Source: Polyangiales bacterium (GTDB lineage: Bacteria > Myxococcota_A > Polyangia > Polyangiales > Ga0077539). From it: a stretch of DNA of 64,000 nucleotides. Every line of letters starts with the position of its first letter. Positions within the stretch are counted from its first letter, which is position 1. The stretch spans positions 99,818 to 163,817 of the forward strand of contig JBGARZ010000021.1 in assembly GCA_044229975.1 (NCBI GenBank), read 5' to 3'. The notes under the pieces were generated by a model. That model was not told where the DNA came from. It saw nothing but the letters and a program-made list of their open reading frames with translations, and did not search any database. Both the position numbers and the translations under genes were made by a program. Of the stretch, positions 28,994-37,220 are shown piece after piece.

Positions 28994-30405
28994 CCCACCT
29001 GCGTGACGGTGGTCGTGGACTTCAGGTCGTCCAGGCGCAGCTCGAAGACCGGCAGGCCCGCGGCCAGCGCCGAGAGCGTGTGCCCGAGCTGCACGCCGGC
29101 CATGGTGCCGATGGCGTCGTTGAGCTCCTGCTCGCCGCCCGGGCCGAGCGCGGCCACGTCGCCCTGGCGCTGGAGAAAGCGCGTCACCTGTCCCCGCAGG
29201 AAGCCACTCACCTGCGGGTGGTTGATGAACATCTGCGACCCCTCGGCCATTGGCGACACCAGCGGGATGCGCGAGAACGCGTCGACCTCGTGGTCGACCA
29301 CCACGTTGACCACGGCGCCCTCGGCGTGACCGCCCGGCAGCACGGCGATCTCGTTGTCCTCGTGACCCTCCCAGCGCAGCGACAGGAAGGCCCGCAAGAA
29401 CGACTCGATGAGCTGCGGTCGCATCCCGTAGCGGTCGGGGTTGGTGAGCGCGAGCCGCAGGTGCCCGCAGCCCAGGTGACCCGGCTGGCTCATCAGCTCG
29501 ATGAGCGCGTCGCGCACGTTCTCGGGAGGCGACGCCATGAAGCGCCGCCACTCCAGCGGTTGGAAGACGTGGGCCAGCGCCTCGTCGAAGCGGCGGTCGG
29601 CGCGCATCGCGGCGATGAGCGTGTTGGAGGCGTTGACGTCGGTGTGGAAGTAGAAGCGCCCGAAGGTGTCGAGCCGGCGCAGCAGCAGCGTGTGCAGCGC
29701 CTTGTCGTCGAGGTGCTTTCCAGTGACCCGCTCCAGCGCGGCGAGGGAGAGCAGAAACTCCCCCGCGTCGCCGCCGGGCGTGCCCATCACCCCGCTGTCG
29801 TCGCGCCCGTCCACGCAGGAGAGGCGGCCGTTGACCAGCAGCGCCGCGATCTTCATCCAGCGCAGCGAGCGGGCGTCGCCGAGGTGGGCCTCGATGTCCG
29901 CGCGGGTGAGGGTCTTCTTCTGGGAGTCCCAGCTCGTTCGGGCGGCGCGCAGCACCCCGCGGCGCGCCAGGATCTCATGGTCGCGCACCGTCGAGAGCCC
30001 CACCTGTCGCCACGCGAGCACGCCGCCGAAGAGGGCTGCCACGAAGCGCTTGCCGAGCCTTTCGAGGCGCTGGGCGAGGGCGCCCGCCCGCTCGCCGCCG
30101 CGCGAGATGAGCACCACCGGGTCGTCGTCGGGGAGGGCCGTCATCGCCGCGAGCGCGCCCTCCTCGGGGACCCAGTCGGAGCCCGGGATGTACCCGAGCG
30201 GCCCGGTGAGCTCGTCGGGTTCGCGCAGGTCGACGAGGCGCACCGCCCGCCCGAGGCGCGACACGTAATCCGCCGTCAGCAGGGGGATGCCGCTGGGGGA
30301 GCGAAACTCCGCGGCGATCCAGTTGATTCGAAACATCCGCTCGGCGGGGTGGACCTCCCCCGCGTCGGGGATGCGCGCGTCGTGCAGTCGGTTCTGGTAG
30401 GGCAT
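28978..30405 (-). CDS. Rhodanese-like domain fused to a putative Cys-His-Cys carbonic-anhydrase-like (zeta/beta-type) domain
   Basis: LVDLREPDELTGPLGYIPGS...LFGGVLAW (rhodanese); SCVDGR, TPGG, FHTD, HLGCGH, GGHAEGAVVNV. Start uncertain; the ORF extends to 30438. Confidence 0.7.
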   Translation of the reverse strand: MPYQNRLHDARIPDAGEVHPAERMFRINWIAAEFRSPSGIPLLTADYVSRLGRAVRLVDLREPDELTGPLGYIPGSDWVPEEGALAAMTALPDDDPVVLISRGGERAGALAQRLERLGKRFVAALFGGVLAWRQVGLSTVRDHEILARRGVLRAARTSWDSQKKTLTRADIEAHLGDARSLRWMKIAALLVNGRLSCVDGRDDSGVMGTPGGDAGEFLLSLAALERVTGKHLDDKALHTLLLRRLDTFGRFYFHTDVNASNTLIAAMRADRRFDEALAHVFQPLEWRRFMASPPENVRDALIELMSQPGHLGCGHLRLALTNPDRYGMRPQLIESFLRAFLSLRWEGHEDNEIAVLPGGHAEGAVVNVVVDHEVDAFSRIPLVSPMAEGSQMFINHPQVSGFLRGQVTRFLQRQGDVAALGPGGEQELNDAIGTMAGVQLGHTLSALAAGLPVFELRLDDLKSTTTVTQVGQVEG

Positions 30406-30509
30406 CGCAGTTGGGAGCGACGATAGCAGCGCCCCCATGGCGGCGCGTCGAAGACGTTCTCGTTGCCCCTTTAACCTCCCTCCCGGCTATGCCTATCCTC
30501 CGCCGAGAA

Positions 30510-31295
30510 ATGGCTACATCCCGCTGGTTCGTCGTGGCCGCGCTCGCCTCCCTCCCTTCGCTCGTGGGCTGCGCGGCCGTGTTCCCCCGGTACACCACGG
30601 CCACCCGGCGCGTGCCCGCCGAGCTCTTGCAGGAGCGCTCGGTGGCGCCGCCCCCGGACGACGTGCGCACCGTGTCCGTGCTCTCCGCGGAGCTTCCGCC
30701 GAGCCGCACCGACGGTCAGCCCTGGGACAGCGACGGCGAGCCCGACCTCTACGCCGTCATCCTGCGCGACGGAACCGAGGTCTACCGCACGCCCGTGATG
30801 CCCAACTCCCTGCGCCCCGAGTGGCGCGCCGCCGAGGTCACGCTGCGGGTGCGTCCCGACAGCGTGCTGCGCTTCGAGCTCTGGGACGACGACGGCATGG
30901 TGAGCCAGCCCGTGGGCTCCGAGCAGGTGACGGGCATCCCCTCGTCGGCGCTCGACGGCGGCAACTGGACCATCCGCTTCCAGGGCAACGCCTTCCTGCG
31001 CCTGGGCGCCCGTCCCCCCGAGGCGCGCTTCGGCATGGGCGTGACCTTCGAGGTGCACGAGGACTACCTGCGCGTGATCTCGGTCGAGGAGGGCTCCCCC
31101 GGCGCGACGGCGGGTCTGCGCGCGGACGACCACATCGTCGCCATCGACGGGCGGTCGGTGCAAGACCTCGGCGAGCTCGACGCCCACCAGGGCATGGACC
31201 GGGCGAGCGTTCGCCCCGTGGCGCTCACGGTGCAGCGCGGCGACACACGAACGCCCATGACCGTCTCGCCCGGCGCGGTCTATTCGGCCCGCTGA
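30510..31295 (+). CDS. Lipoprotein with C2-like and PDZ domains
   Basis: Lipobox LVGC; WDSDGEPDLY...RTPV..NSLRPEW...FELWDDD (C2-like); FGMGV...VEEGSPGATAGLRADDHIVAIDG (PDZ). Confidence 0.8.
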   Translation: MATSRWFVVAALASLPSLVGCAAVFPRYTTATRRVPAELLQERSVAPPPDDVRTVSVLSAELPPSRTDGQPWDSDGEPDLYAVILRDGTEVYRTPVMPNSLRPEWRAAEVTLRVRPDSVLRFELWDDDGMVSQPVGSEQVTGIPSSALDGGNWTIRFQGNAFLRLGARPPEARFGMGVTFEVHEDYLRVISVEEGSPGATAGLRADDHIVAIDGRSVQDLGELDAHQGMDRASVRPVALTVQRGDTRTPMTVSPGAVYSAR

Positions 31296-31374
31296 GAGCA
31301 TCGGAGTGATGGAGTCCCCCAGGAAGGCGCGCGCGAAGAGGCCGATGACGACGAGGCATGGAGTGGTTCGTTCG

Positions 31375-33318
31375 ATGTGGACGCGGTCGGCGCTGGGCGT
31401 CGCCGCGTTGTGGTTGGCGCTCGGGCCCTCGACGGCTTCGGCGCAGACGGTGGGCACCGACACCTCCGTCGACGCGCAGACCTGGTGGCCCGCGGCGGGT
31501 CCGGCCGACCACGTCGGGCTGCGCAGCGCGTCGGTGTCCCCGTCGGGCGCGGTGGGCTTCGGGCTGCTCGCACACGCGATGCGCCTGCCGTTGACGCTCT
31601 CCCCGGTGGCCAACCCGAGCGACCGCCGCGCCGCCGTGGACTACGCCATCACCACGGACTTCCTGTGGTCCGTCGGCATCCTCAACCGCTTCCAGTTGTC
31701 GGCGGCGATTCCGGTCGTGCTCGCGCAGTCGGGCGATGGCGCCCGCGCGGTCAGCGGGTCGAGCGCGGCGGTGCTGGGCGACACGGCGCTGCGCGACATC
31801 CGCGTCGAGCTGTCGTGGGCCATCGTGCGGCGCGAGCGGGTGCCCGACGCGCGCGGCATCGGGCTGCGGCTCGACCTCGGCGCGGCGATTCCGTTCGGCG
31901 ACGACAAGGGCTTCAACGGCAGCGGCGGCCCGACCTTCGCGCCGATGGCCGTCATCGACTGGCGCAATCGCTACCTCACGGCCACGGCCAACCTCGGCGC
32001 GCGCATCCGCCCGACCTCCACCATCGCCGACCTCGCGGTGGGCAGCGTCGGCGTGCTCGGCGCCGGCCTCGCGGTGCGCCCCATCGAGCGCCTGGGCATC
32101 ACGGCCGAGTACCTCACGACGGTCTCGCTCGTGACCCGCGACGGCTTCAACACCACCTTCACGCAAGAACTCTTCGCCGGCGTTCGCTACGCCACGGACG
32201 AGGCGCGGGACATCGAGCTCATCATCGGCGGCGCGGCTCCGCTCACCACGGCCCCGCTCGTCCCGGCGTGGCGCGCCCTGGTGGGCGTGTCGTACGCGCC
32301 GCGCGGCTACGACACCGACCGCGACGGCATCGTCGACGCGGATGACCGCTGCCGCACGCAGGCCGAAGACCGCGACGAGTTCGAGGACGAGGACGGCTGC
32401 CCCGACCCGGACAACGACAGCGACGGCGTGCTCGACACGAGCGACCGCTGCCGCGACGAGCCGGAGGACGTCGACAACCACGAAGACGGCGACGGCTGCC
32501 CCGACCCGGACAACGACAACGACGGGGTCTTCGACAGCGACGACCAGTGCGTGGACGTCCCGGCGGGCGATCACCCCGACGCCGACCGCGCGGGTTGCCC
32601 CATCGCCGACACCGACAGCGACGGGGTGCTCGACCCCGACGACCGCTGCGTCGACGTGGCGCAGGGCGATCGACCCGACCCGGCGCGCGCGGGATGTCCG
32701 CTCCCTGATCGTGACCGCGACGGCGTGGCCGACGCGCTGGACCTCTGCCCCGACACGGCGGCGGGCGCCGTGGTCGATCGGTTCCGTGCGGGCTGCCCGG
32801 AGACCGACCCCGACCGCGACGGCATCGTGGGCGAGGCCGATCGGTGCCCCGATCAGCCCGAGACGATCAACGGCGTTCAGGATGGCGACGGCTGCCCCGA
32901 CGTGGGCGTCGAGCGGGTGACCTGGGGGCCCACCGGCGACACGCTGCGCTTCGCGACGCGCATCGCGGTGGCGCCTCGCGCGCAGACGGTGACCCCGCCG
33001 ACGAGGGCGCTGCTCCAGCAGGCGGCGCAGCGCATCCGGGCGCGCGGCGGTGAGGTGACGCGGGTGATCGTGGAGGTCATGCCGGCGGCGGGTCCGCCCG
33101 CGCAGATCGAAGCGGCGCGCCAGGCGCAGGTGGTGGCCGACGTTCTGTTGGGTGAGCGCATTCCGCAGCGCTCGCTGACGGCGCGAGCGGCGGCGCGACC
33201 GGCGGCGGGTGCGCCCGCGGTGCTGCCGGGGACGGTGGTCATCCGCATCGAGGTGCGCGCGGCGGCGGGCGAGCCGACGGCAGCGCCGACGGCACCCGCG
33301 GCGCGACCGGCGTCCTGA
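31375..33318 (+). CDS. Outer-membrane protein with thrombospondin type-3 repeats and degenerate OmpA-like C-terminus
   Basis: Signal peptide, beta-strand-rich region, many DxDxDGxxDxxDxC...DGCPD repeats, C-terminal alpha/beta domain. Start uncertain (31306-31375). Confidence 0.82.
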   Translation: MWTRSALGVAALWLALGPSTASAQTVGTDTSVDAQTWWPAAGPADHVGLRSASVSPSGAVGFGLLAHAMRLPLTLSPVANPSDRRAAVDYAITTDFLWSVGILNRFQLSAAIPVVLAQSGDGARAVSGSSAAVLGDTALRDIRVELSWAIVRRERVPDARGIGLRLDLGAAIPFGDDKGFNGSGGPTFAPMAVIDWRNRYLTATANLGARIRPTSTIADLAVGSVGVLGAGLAVRPIERLGITAEYLTTVSLVTRDGFNTTFTQELFAGVRYATDEARDIELIIGGAAPLTTAPLVPAWRALVGVSYAPRGYDTDRDGIVDADDRCRTQAEDRDEFEDEDGCPDPDNDSDGVLDTSDRCRDEPEDVDNHEDGDGCPDPDNDNDGVFDSDDQCVDVPAGDHPDADRAGCPIADTDSDGVLDPDDRCVDVAQGDRPDPARAGCPLPDRDRDGVADALDLCPDTAAGAVVDRFRAGCPETDPDRDGIVGEADRCPDQPETINGVQDGDGCPDVGVERVTWGPTGDTLRFATRIAVAPRAQTVTPPTRALLQQAAQRIRARGGEVTRVIVEVMPAAGPPAQIEAARQAQVVADVLLGERIPQRSLTARAAARPAAGAPAVLPGTVVIRIEVRAAAGEPTAAPTAPAARPAS

Positions 33319-33327
33319 GGCGGGACC

Positions 33328-34050
33328 TCACCCCCCCGCGCTGGCTGGGAGGTGCTGGTCGAAGAACGCGTCGATCTTCGCCCACGCCTCCGGGGCCGCG
33401 ATGGGGTCGTAACCCGCGCGCATGAGGGGCCACGACAGCACCGTCGCGATGGGGTGATCGCCCTCCGTGATGAACGCGTGGCCCGCGCTCGGGAACACGT
33501 TGACCTCGGGCTTGATGCCCAGCGGCGCGAGGCGCTCGGTGAGCAGCTCACCCTTCTTGCGGAAGAGCACGTCGCGGCCGCCGTAGCAGGCGATGACGGG
33601 CCCGATGCCGCGCATGCGCTCGGTCGACGGGACCTCTCCATAGTTGGTCGAGACGGCTCCCCACCCGGAGCCCGTGAGCAGCGCGAAGCCACCACCGAAA
33701 CAGAACCCGATGATGCCGACCTGGGACGGTTGCAGACCCGACTGGTCACAGAGCCACTGCCGCGTTCGCAGCGCCTGCCGCACGGCCGGAACCTCCTTGT
33801 CCGTGTTGAGGTTTCCCATCACCGAGCGGATGCAGCGCAGCGCGCCCTTGTGAAATAGATCGGGCGCGACGGCCGCGTAGCCGCGCGTGGCGAAGCGGTC
33901 GACCACCCGGTCGATGTCGGGCGCCCGCCCGAAGATCTCGTGGATCACCACCATCCCGCGCGTCGCGCCGCGAGGAACGTTGGCGTACGCCGGAGAGGCG
34001 TCGTCGTTGTGGGTCGGGTCGCCTGGGATGGTCACGTCTTGGCCGGGCAT
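33328..34050 (-). CDS. Dienelactone hydrolase family protein
   Basis: VVIHEIFG, AVAPDLF, GFCFGG nucleophile motif, YGGRD, AGHAF. 3' part of ORF 33328..34929. Confidence 0.92.
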   Translation of the reverse strand: MPGQDVTIPGDPTHNDDASPAYANVPRGATRGMVVIHEIFGRAPDIDRVVDRFATRGYAAVAPDLFHKGALRCIRSVMGNLNTDKEVPAVRQALRTRQWLCDQSGLQPSQVGIIGFCFGGGFALLTGSGWGAVSTNYGEVPSTERMRGIGPVIACYGGRDVLFRKKGELLTERLAPLGIKPEVNVFPSAGHAFITEGDHPIATVLSWPLMRAGYDPIAAPEAWAKIDAFFDQHLPASAGG

Positions 34051-34164
34051 GGCCGACGAGACTAACCCTTTCGTGACTGGCGCGAAGGGACAACCCATCA
34101 GGCGCCCGCGACCAAGAACGCCCGCGCCGTCAGCCCAACCATTCACGTCGTGGAGGTGATGGGT

Positions 34165-34422
34165 ATGACCAAGCATGTAGCGTTCTGGGTGGCTCTCGCG
34201 GTGGTGACGTTTCCGGTGCTGCTGGTGATGGGGGTGCTGGTGGCGATCATGCCGCCGCTCAACATGCTGCTCATCCCGGTGTGGGCCTTCGTCGCGATGG
34301 GCGCCGTCGGCAGCATCACCAACGGCATCGAGGACTGTCGCCGCGCCGCCGCTCAGCGCCCCGCGGAGCCCTTGCGAAACGCCCCAGGCGTGGTGCCCGT
34401 CCAGCGCGTGAACGCCTTGTGA
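34165..34422 (+). CDS. Small hypothetical membrane protein
   Basis: GGAGG RBS at 34152, two hydrophobic helices; 3' end overlaps the convergent AraC gene by 70 bp. Confidence 0.55.
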   Translation: MTKHVAFWVALAVVTFPVLLVMGVLVAIMPPLNMLLIPVWAFVAMGAVGSITNGIEDCRRAAAQRPAEPLRNAPGVVPVQRVNAL

Positions 34423-35429
34423 AACGCGCTCTGGTCGGAGAAGCCCAGCGAGGCGGCCACCGTCGCGATGGGCGTTGAGGTGTCCCGCAGCGCCGACTCC
34501 GCCCGGGAGCGGCGTACCTCCCCGAGCACGTCGGCAAACGACGTCCCCTCCTGCTGGAGGTAGCGCTGCACGCTGCGCTCGCTGAGGCGCATCGCGCGGG
34601 CCACGGCCTCGACGCTGGCGCCCTCCGGGAGCAGCGGGACGATGGCGTCCTTCACGCGGGCGACGAAGGTGGAGCGGTCGGGCAGGCGGCCGACGAGCAC
34701 GCGGGCGTGGGCCTCGAAGATCTCCACCAGCGACGGGTCGGCCGTGTGCTGCGGGAGGTCGAGCACCGAAGAGGCCACCATGAACTCCGCGCGGTCGGCG
34801 TCGAACTCCAGCGGGCAGCGGAAGATGCGGGTGTGTTCGCGGGTGTCCTTCGGGCGGCCGTGCTCGAAGCGCACCCGCAGCGGCGAGAAGGCGACCCCCG
34901 TGGTGCGGTGGGTGGTGAGCAGCATCCAAGCGAAGACGAACTCCGTCGCGTGCCGAGGCGCCATGATGGCGGACCCCTTGCTGCGGATGCTGATGGACGC
35001 CTGCTCGGGGCCGCGCTCGAAGAGCGTGGGGTGCACGTCGTTGACGAGGCGCTGGAAGGCCGCGAGCCGGCCGACGGCGTCGCCCACCGTGGGGTAGGAC
35101 TCGAACATCCGGCTGGCGAAGGGGATGGACGTCTGGGCGGTGCGCTCGCCCAGGTGCAGCCCGAAGTCGTCGTCGTGGAGGAGGAGGGGGAGCTCGCTCC
35201 AGATGCGGACGAGCAGGCCGGCGGCGACGCGGGCGTCGACATCGTCCATCACCTCGTCGGGGATGGCGAAGCGCCGGCGGAGGTCGGACTCGTCGAGACC
35301 GCGGCGAACTGCCTCACCCAGCAGCGCCCGCACGACGTTGCCCGAGAGCGTGTCGGAGGCGGCGAGGTTGCGTCCCGGCGGTTGACCCACGGTCCGCAAC
35401 GGTAAGAGAAACGGGCGGCGGACGTCCAT
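34353..35429 (-). CDS. AraC-family transcriptional regulator
   Basis: N-terminal ligand-binding domain (DDDFGLHLG; HTRIFRCPLEF) and HTH MRLSERSVQRYLQQEGTSF...LGFSDQSAFHKAFTRWTGTTP. Start approximate. Confidence 0.92.
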   Translation of the reverse strand: MDVRRPFLLPLRTVGQPPGRNLAASDTLSGNVVRALLGEAVRRGLDESDLRRRFAIPDEVMDDVDARVAAGLLVRIWSELPLLLHDDDFGLHLGERTAQTSIPFASRMFESYPTVGDAVGRLAAFQRLVNDVHPTLFERGPEQASISIRSKGSAIMAPRHATEFVFAWMLLTTHRTTGVAFSPLRVRFEHGRPKDTREHTRIFRCPLEFDADRAEFMVASSVLDLPQHTADPSLVEIFEAHARVLVGRLPDRSTFVARVKDAIVPLLPEGASVEAVARAMRLSERSVQRYLQQEGTSFADVLGEVRRSRAESALRDTSTPIATVAASLGFSDQSAFHKAFTRWTGTTPGAFRKGSAGR

Positions 35430-35496
35430 CGCGCTGCCGAGTGCGATGGTCATTCGCGCTGGGCTGTGGCTATCCTCCGCGCTCCCGAAGCACCCC

Positions 35497-36978
35497 ATGC
35501 AGAACCTCTCGCGTTCATTGAAGGTCGGGATGCTGCTCGTGGCAGCGGTCATCGCGGCCGTGGTGATGTGGCGGACGATGTTCCGGGGGCAGGGCGGCGG
35601 GGACGGCTACCACCTCTACGCGATCTTCGACGACGCCACCGGGCTCGTGCCGCGGTCGCGCGTGGTGACCGCGGGCATCGGCATCGGGGAGATCGAGCGC
35701 ATCCGTCTGGAAAACGGCCACGCCCGCGTGACCATCCGGGTGCAGGGCGACGTCGCGATGTTTCGCAACGCGACCATCTCCAAGCGCTCGGTGTCCATCC
35801 TCGGGGAGTTCGTGCTGGTGGTCGCGCCGGGCGACGCGACGACGGCCCGCATGCGCGACGGCGACCGCATCACCCGCGTCTTCGAGGGCACCAACACCGA
35901 CGCCATCATGAACAACGTCGCCGCCATCACGGCCGACATCCGCCGCGTCACCGAGCGCCTCTCCAACGTGGTGGGCAACGACAACGGCCAGCAGCAGATC
36001 GCCGACACCATCCGCAACGTCAGCGAGCTCACCGCGGCCATCAACCGCACGGTGCAGCAAAACGCCGAGGTGGTGACGCACACCCTCCAGTCCGTCGACC
36101 GCATCACCACGCAGGGCGGTCCCGAGATTCAGGCGACGCTCGCCAACCTGCGCGTCTCCACCGACCGCCTCGCGCAGATTCTCGGGCGCGATCAGCCGCA
36201 GGACTCCAACACCGTCACCGAGACCCAGGAGGCCATCCGCAACGTGGCCGCCGCGTCGCGCGAGCTGCGCGAGACGCTGGAGCACCTCAACGCCACGACG
36301 GGCGCCGTCGACCGCGGCGAAGGGAGCCTCGGGCGCCTCGTGCGCGACGAGACCCTCATCGACGAGGTGCAGGGCACCGCCGAGGCCATCAACGACGTGG
36401 TGGGCCCCATCGCGCGCCTCCAGACCATCGTCGGGCTGCGCAGCGAGTACAGCTTCATCTCCAACACCCTCCGCAGCACCGTGGAGCTTCGCCTCCAGCC
36501 GCGCGAGGACAAGTACTACCTGCTGGAGTTCGTCGACGACCCGCGCGGCGCGACCCGCACCGTCAGCACCGTCACCGACACCACCGACCCGACCATGACG
36601 TCGCACGTGCGAACCACGCAGCGCATCACCTCGGACGCGTTCCGCTTCAGCTTGATGTTCGCGCGGCGCCTCGGGCCTGCGACCTTCCGCTTCGGCATCA
36701 AGGAGTCGTCGGGCGGCCTCGGCCTCGACCTGCATCTCCTCAACAACGCCATCGAGGTGCGCAGCGACCTCTTCGCCTTCGGGGAAAACACCTACCCCCG
36801 CCTGCGCGTCGCGGCTGCGGTCAACGTCCTCCAGCGCGCCTGGATCATCGGCGGCGTCGACGACGTCTTCAACGGCGACCGCTTCGACTACTTCCTCGGC
36901 GCGCAGCTCCGCTTCAACGACGAGGACATCAAGTCCATCCTGCCGTTTGCGGGCGGCCTCGGCGGCGGCGGGCGCTGA
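35497..36978 (+). CDS. MCE/MlaD-family protein with long helical linker and beta-rich C-terminus
   Basis: KVG plus TM, FDDATGL...V..AGI.IGEIERIRL, SILGEFVLVVAPG (MCE); GEGSLGRLV; amphipathic beta strands at the C-terminus. Confidence 0.88.
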   Translation: MQNLSRSLKVGMLLVAAVIAAVVMWRTMFRGQGGGDGYHLYAIFDDATGLVPRSRVVTAGIGIGEIERIRLENGHARVTIRVQGDVAMFRNATISKRSVSILGEFVLVVAPGDATTARMRDGDRITRVFEGTNTDAIMNNVAAITADIRRVTERLSNVVGNDNGQQQIADTIRNVSELTAAINRTVQQNAEVVTHTLQSVDRITTQGGPEIQATLANLRVSTDRLAQILGRDQPQDSNTVTETQEAIRNVAAASRELRETLEHLNATTGAVDRGEGSLGRLVRDETLIDEVQGTAEAINDVVGPIARLQTIVGLRSEYSFISNTLRSTVELRLQPREDKYYLLEFVDDPRGATRTVSTVTDTTDPTMTSHVRTTQRITSDAFRFSLMFARRLGPATFRFGIKESSGGLGLDLHLLNNAIEVRSDLFAFGENTYPRLRVAAAVNVLQRAWIIGGVDDVFNGDRFDYFLGAQLRFNDEDIKSILPFAGGLGGGGR

Positions 36979-36979
36979 G

Positions 36980-37218
36980 CGCTGTGCCGGAGTTCGCGGG
37001 ACCCCATCGCAGGTGCGTGCAGTCGCTCACTCCGGGCTATTTCAGGTGGTCACCTCGCTGCGCGAGGTTGCAGGGACTCACGACCGACCATGAATCGTCA
37101 GTGAGCTGTTCGTTGAAGCCAGTGCCGCAACCTCGCACAGCGAGGTGACCACCTGAAATAGCCCGGAGTGAGCGACTGCACGCACCTGCGATGGGGTCCC
37201 GCGAACTCCGGCACAGCG
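36980..37218. repeat. Long near-perfect inverted repeat (MITE/REPIN-like)
   Basis: 36980-37071 is the reverse complement of 37127-37218 (92 bp, one mismatch at 37061); 55-nt loop. Confidence 0.95.
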
Positions 37219-37220
37219 GG

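Noticed and set aside
32310..32900. Nucleotide repeats such as GACGGCTGCCCCGAC
   Set aside because: Explained by TSP3 peptide repeats in the coding frame.
31375..33318. Naming this gene traB
   Set aside because: No adjacent traA, and the architecture is shared by many myxobacterial paralogues.
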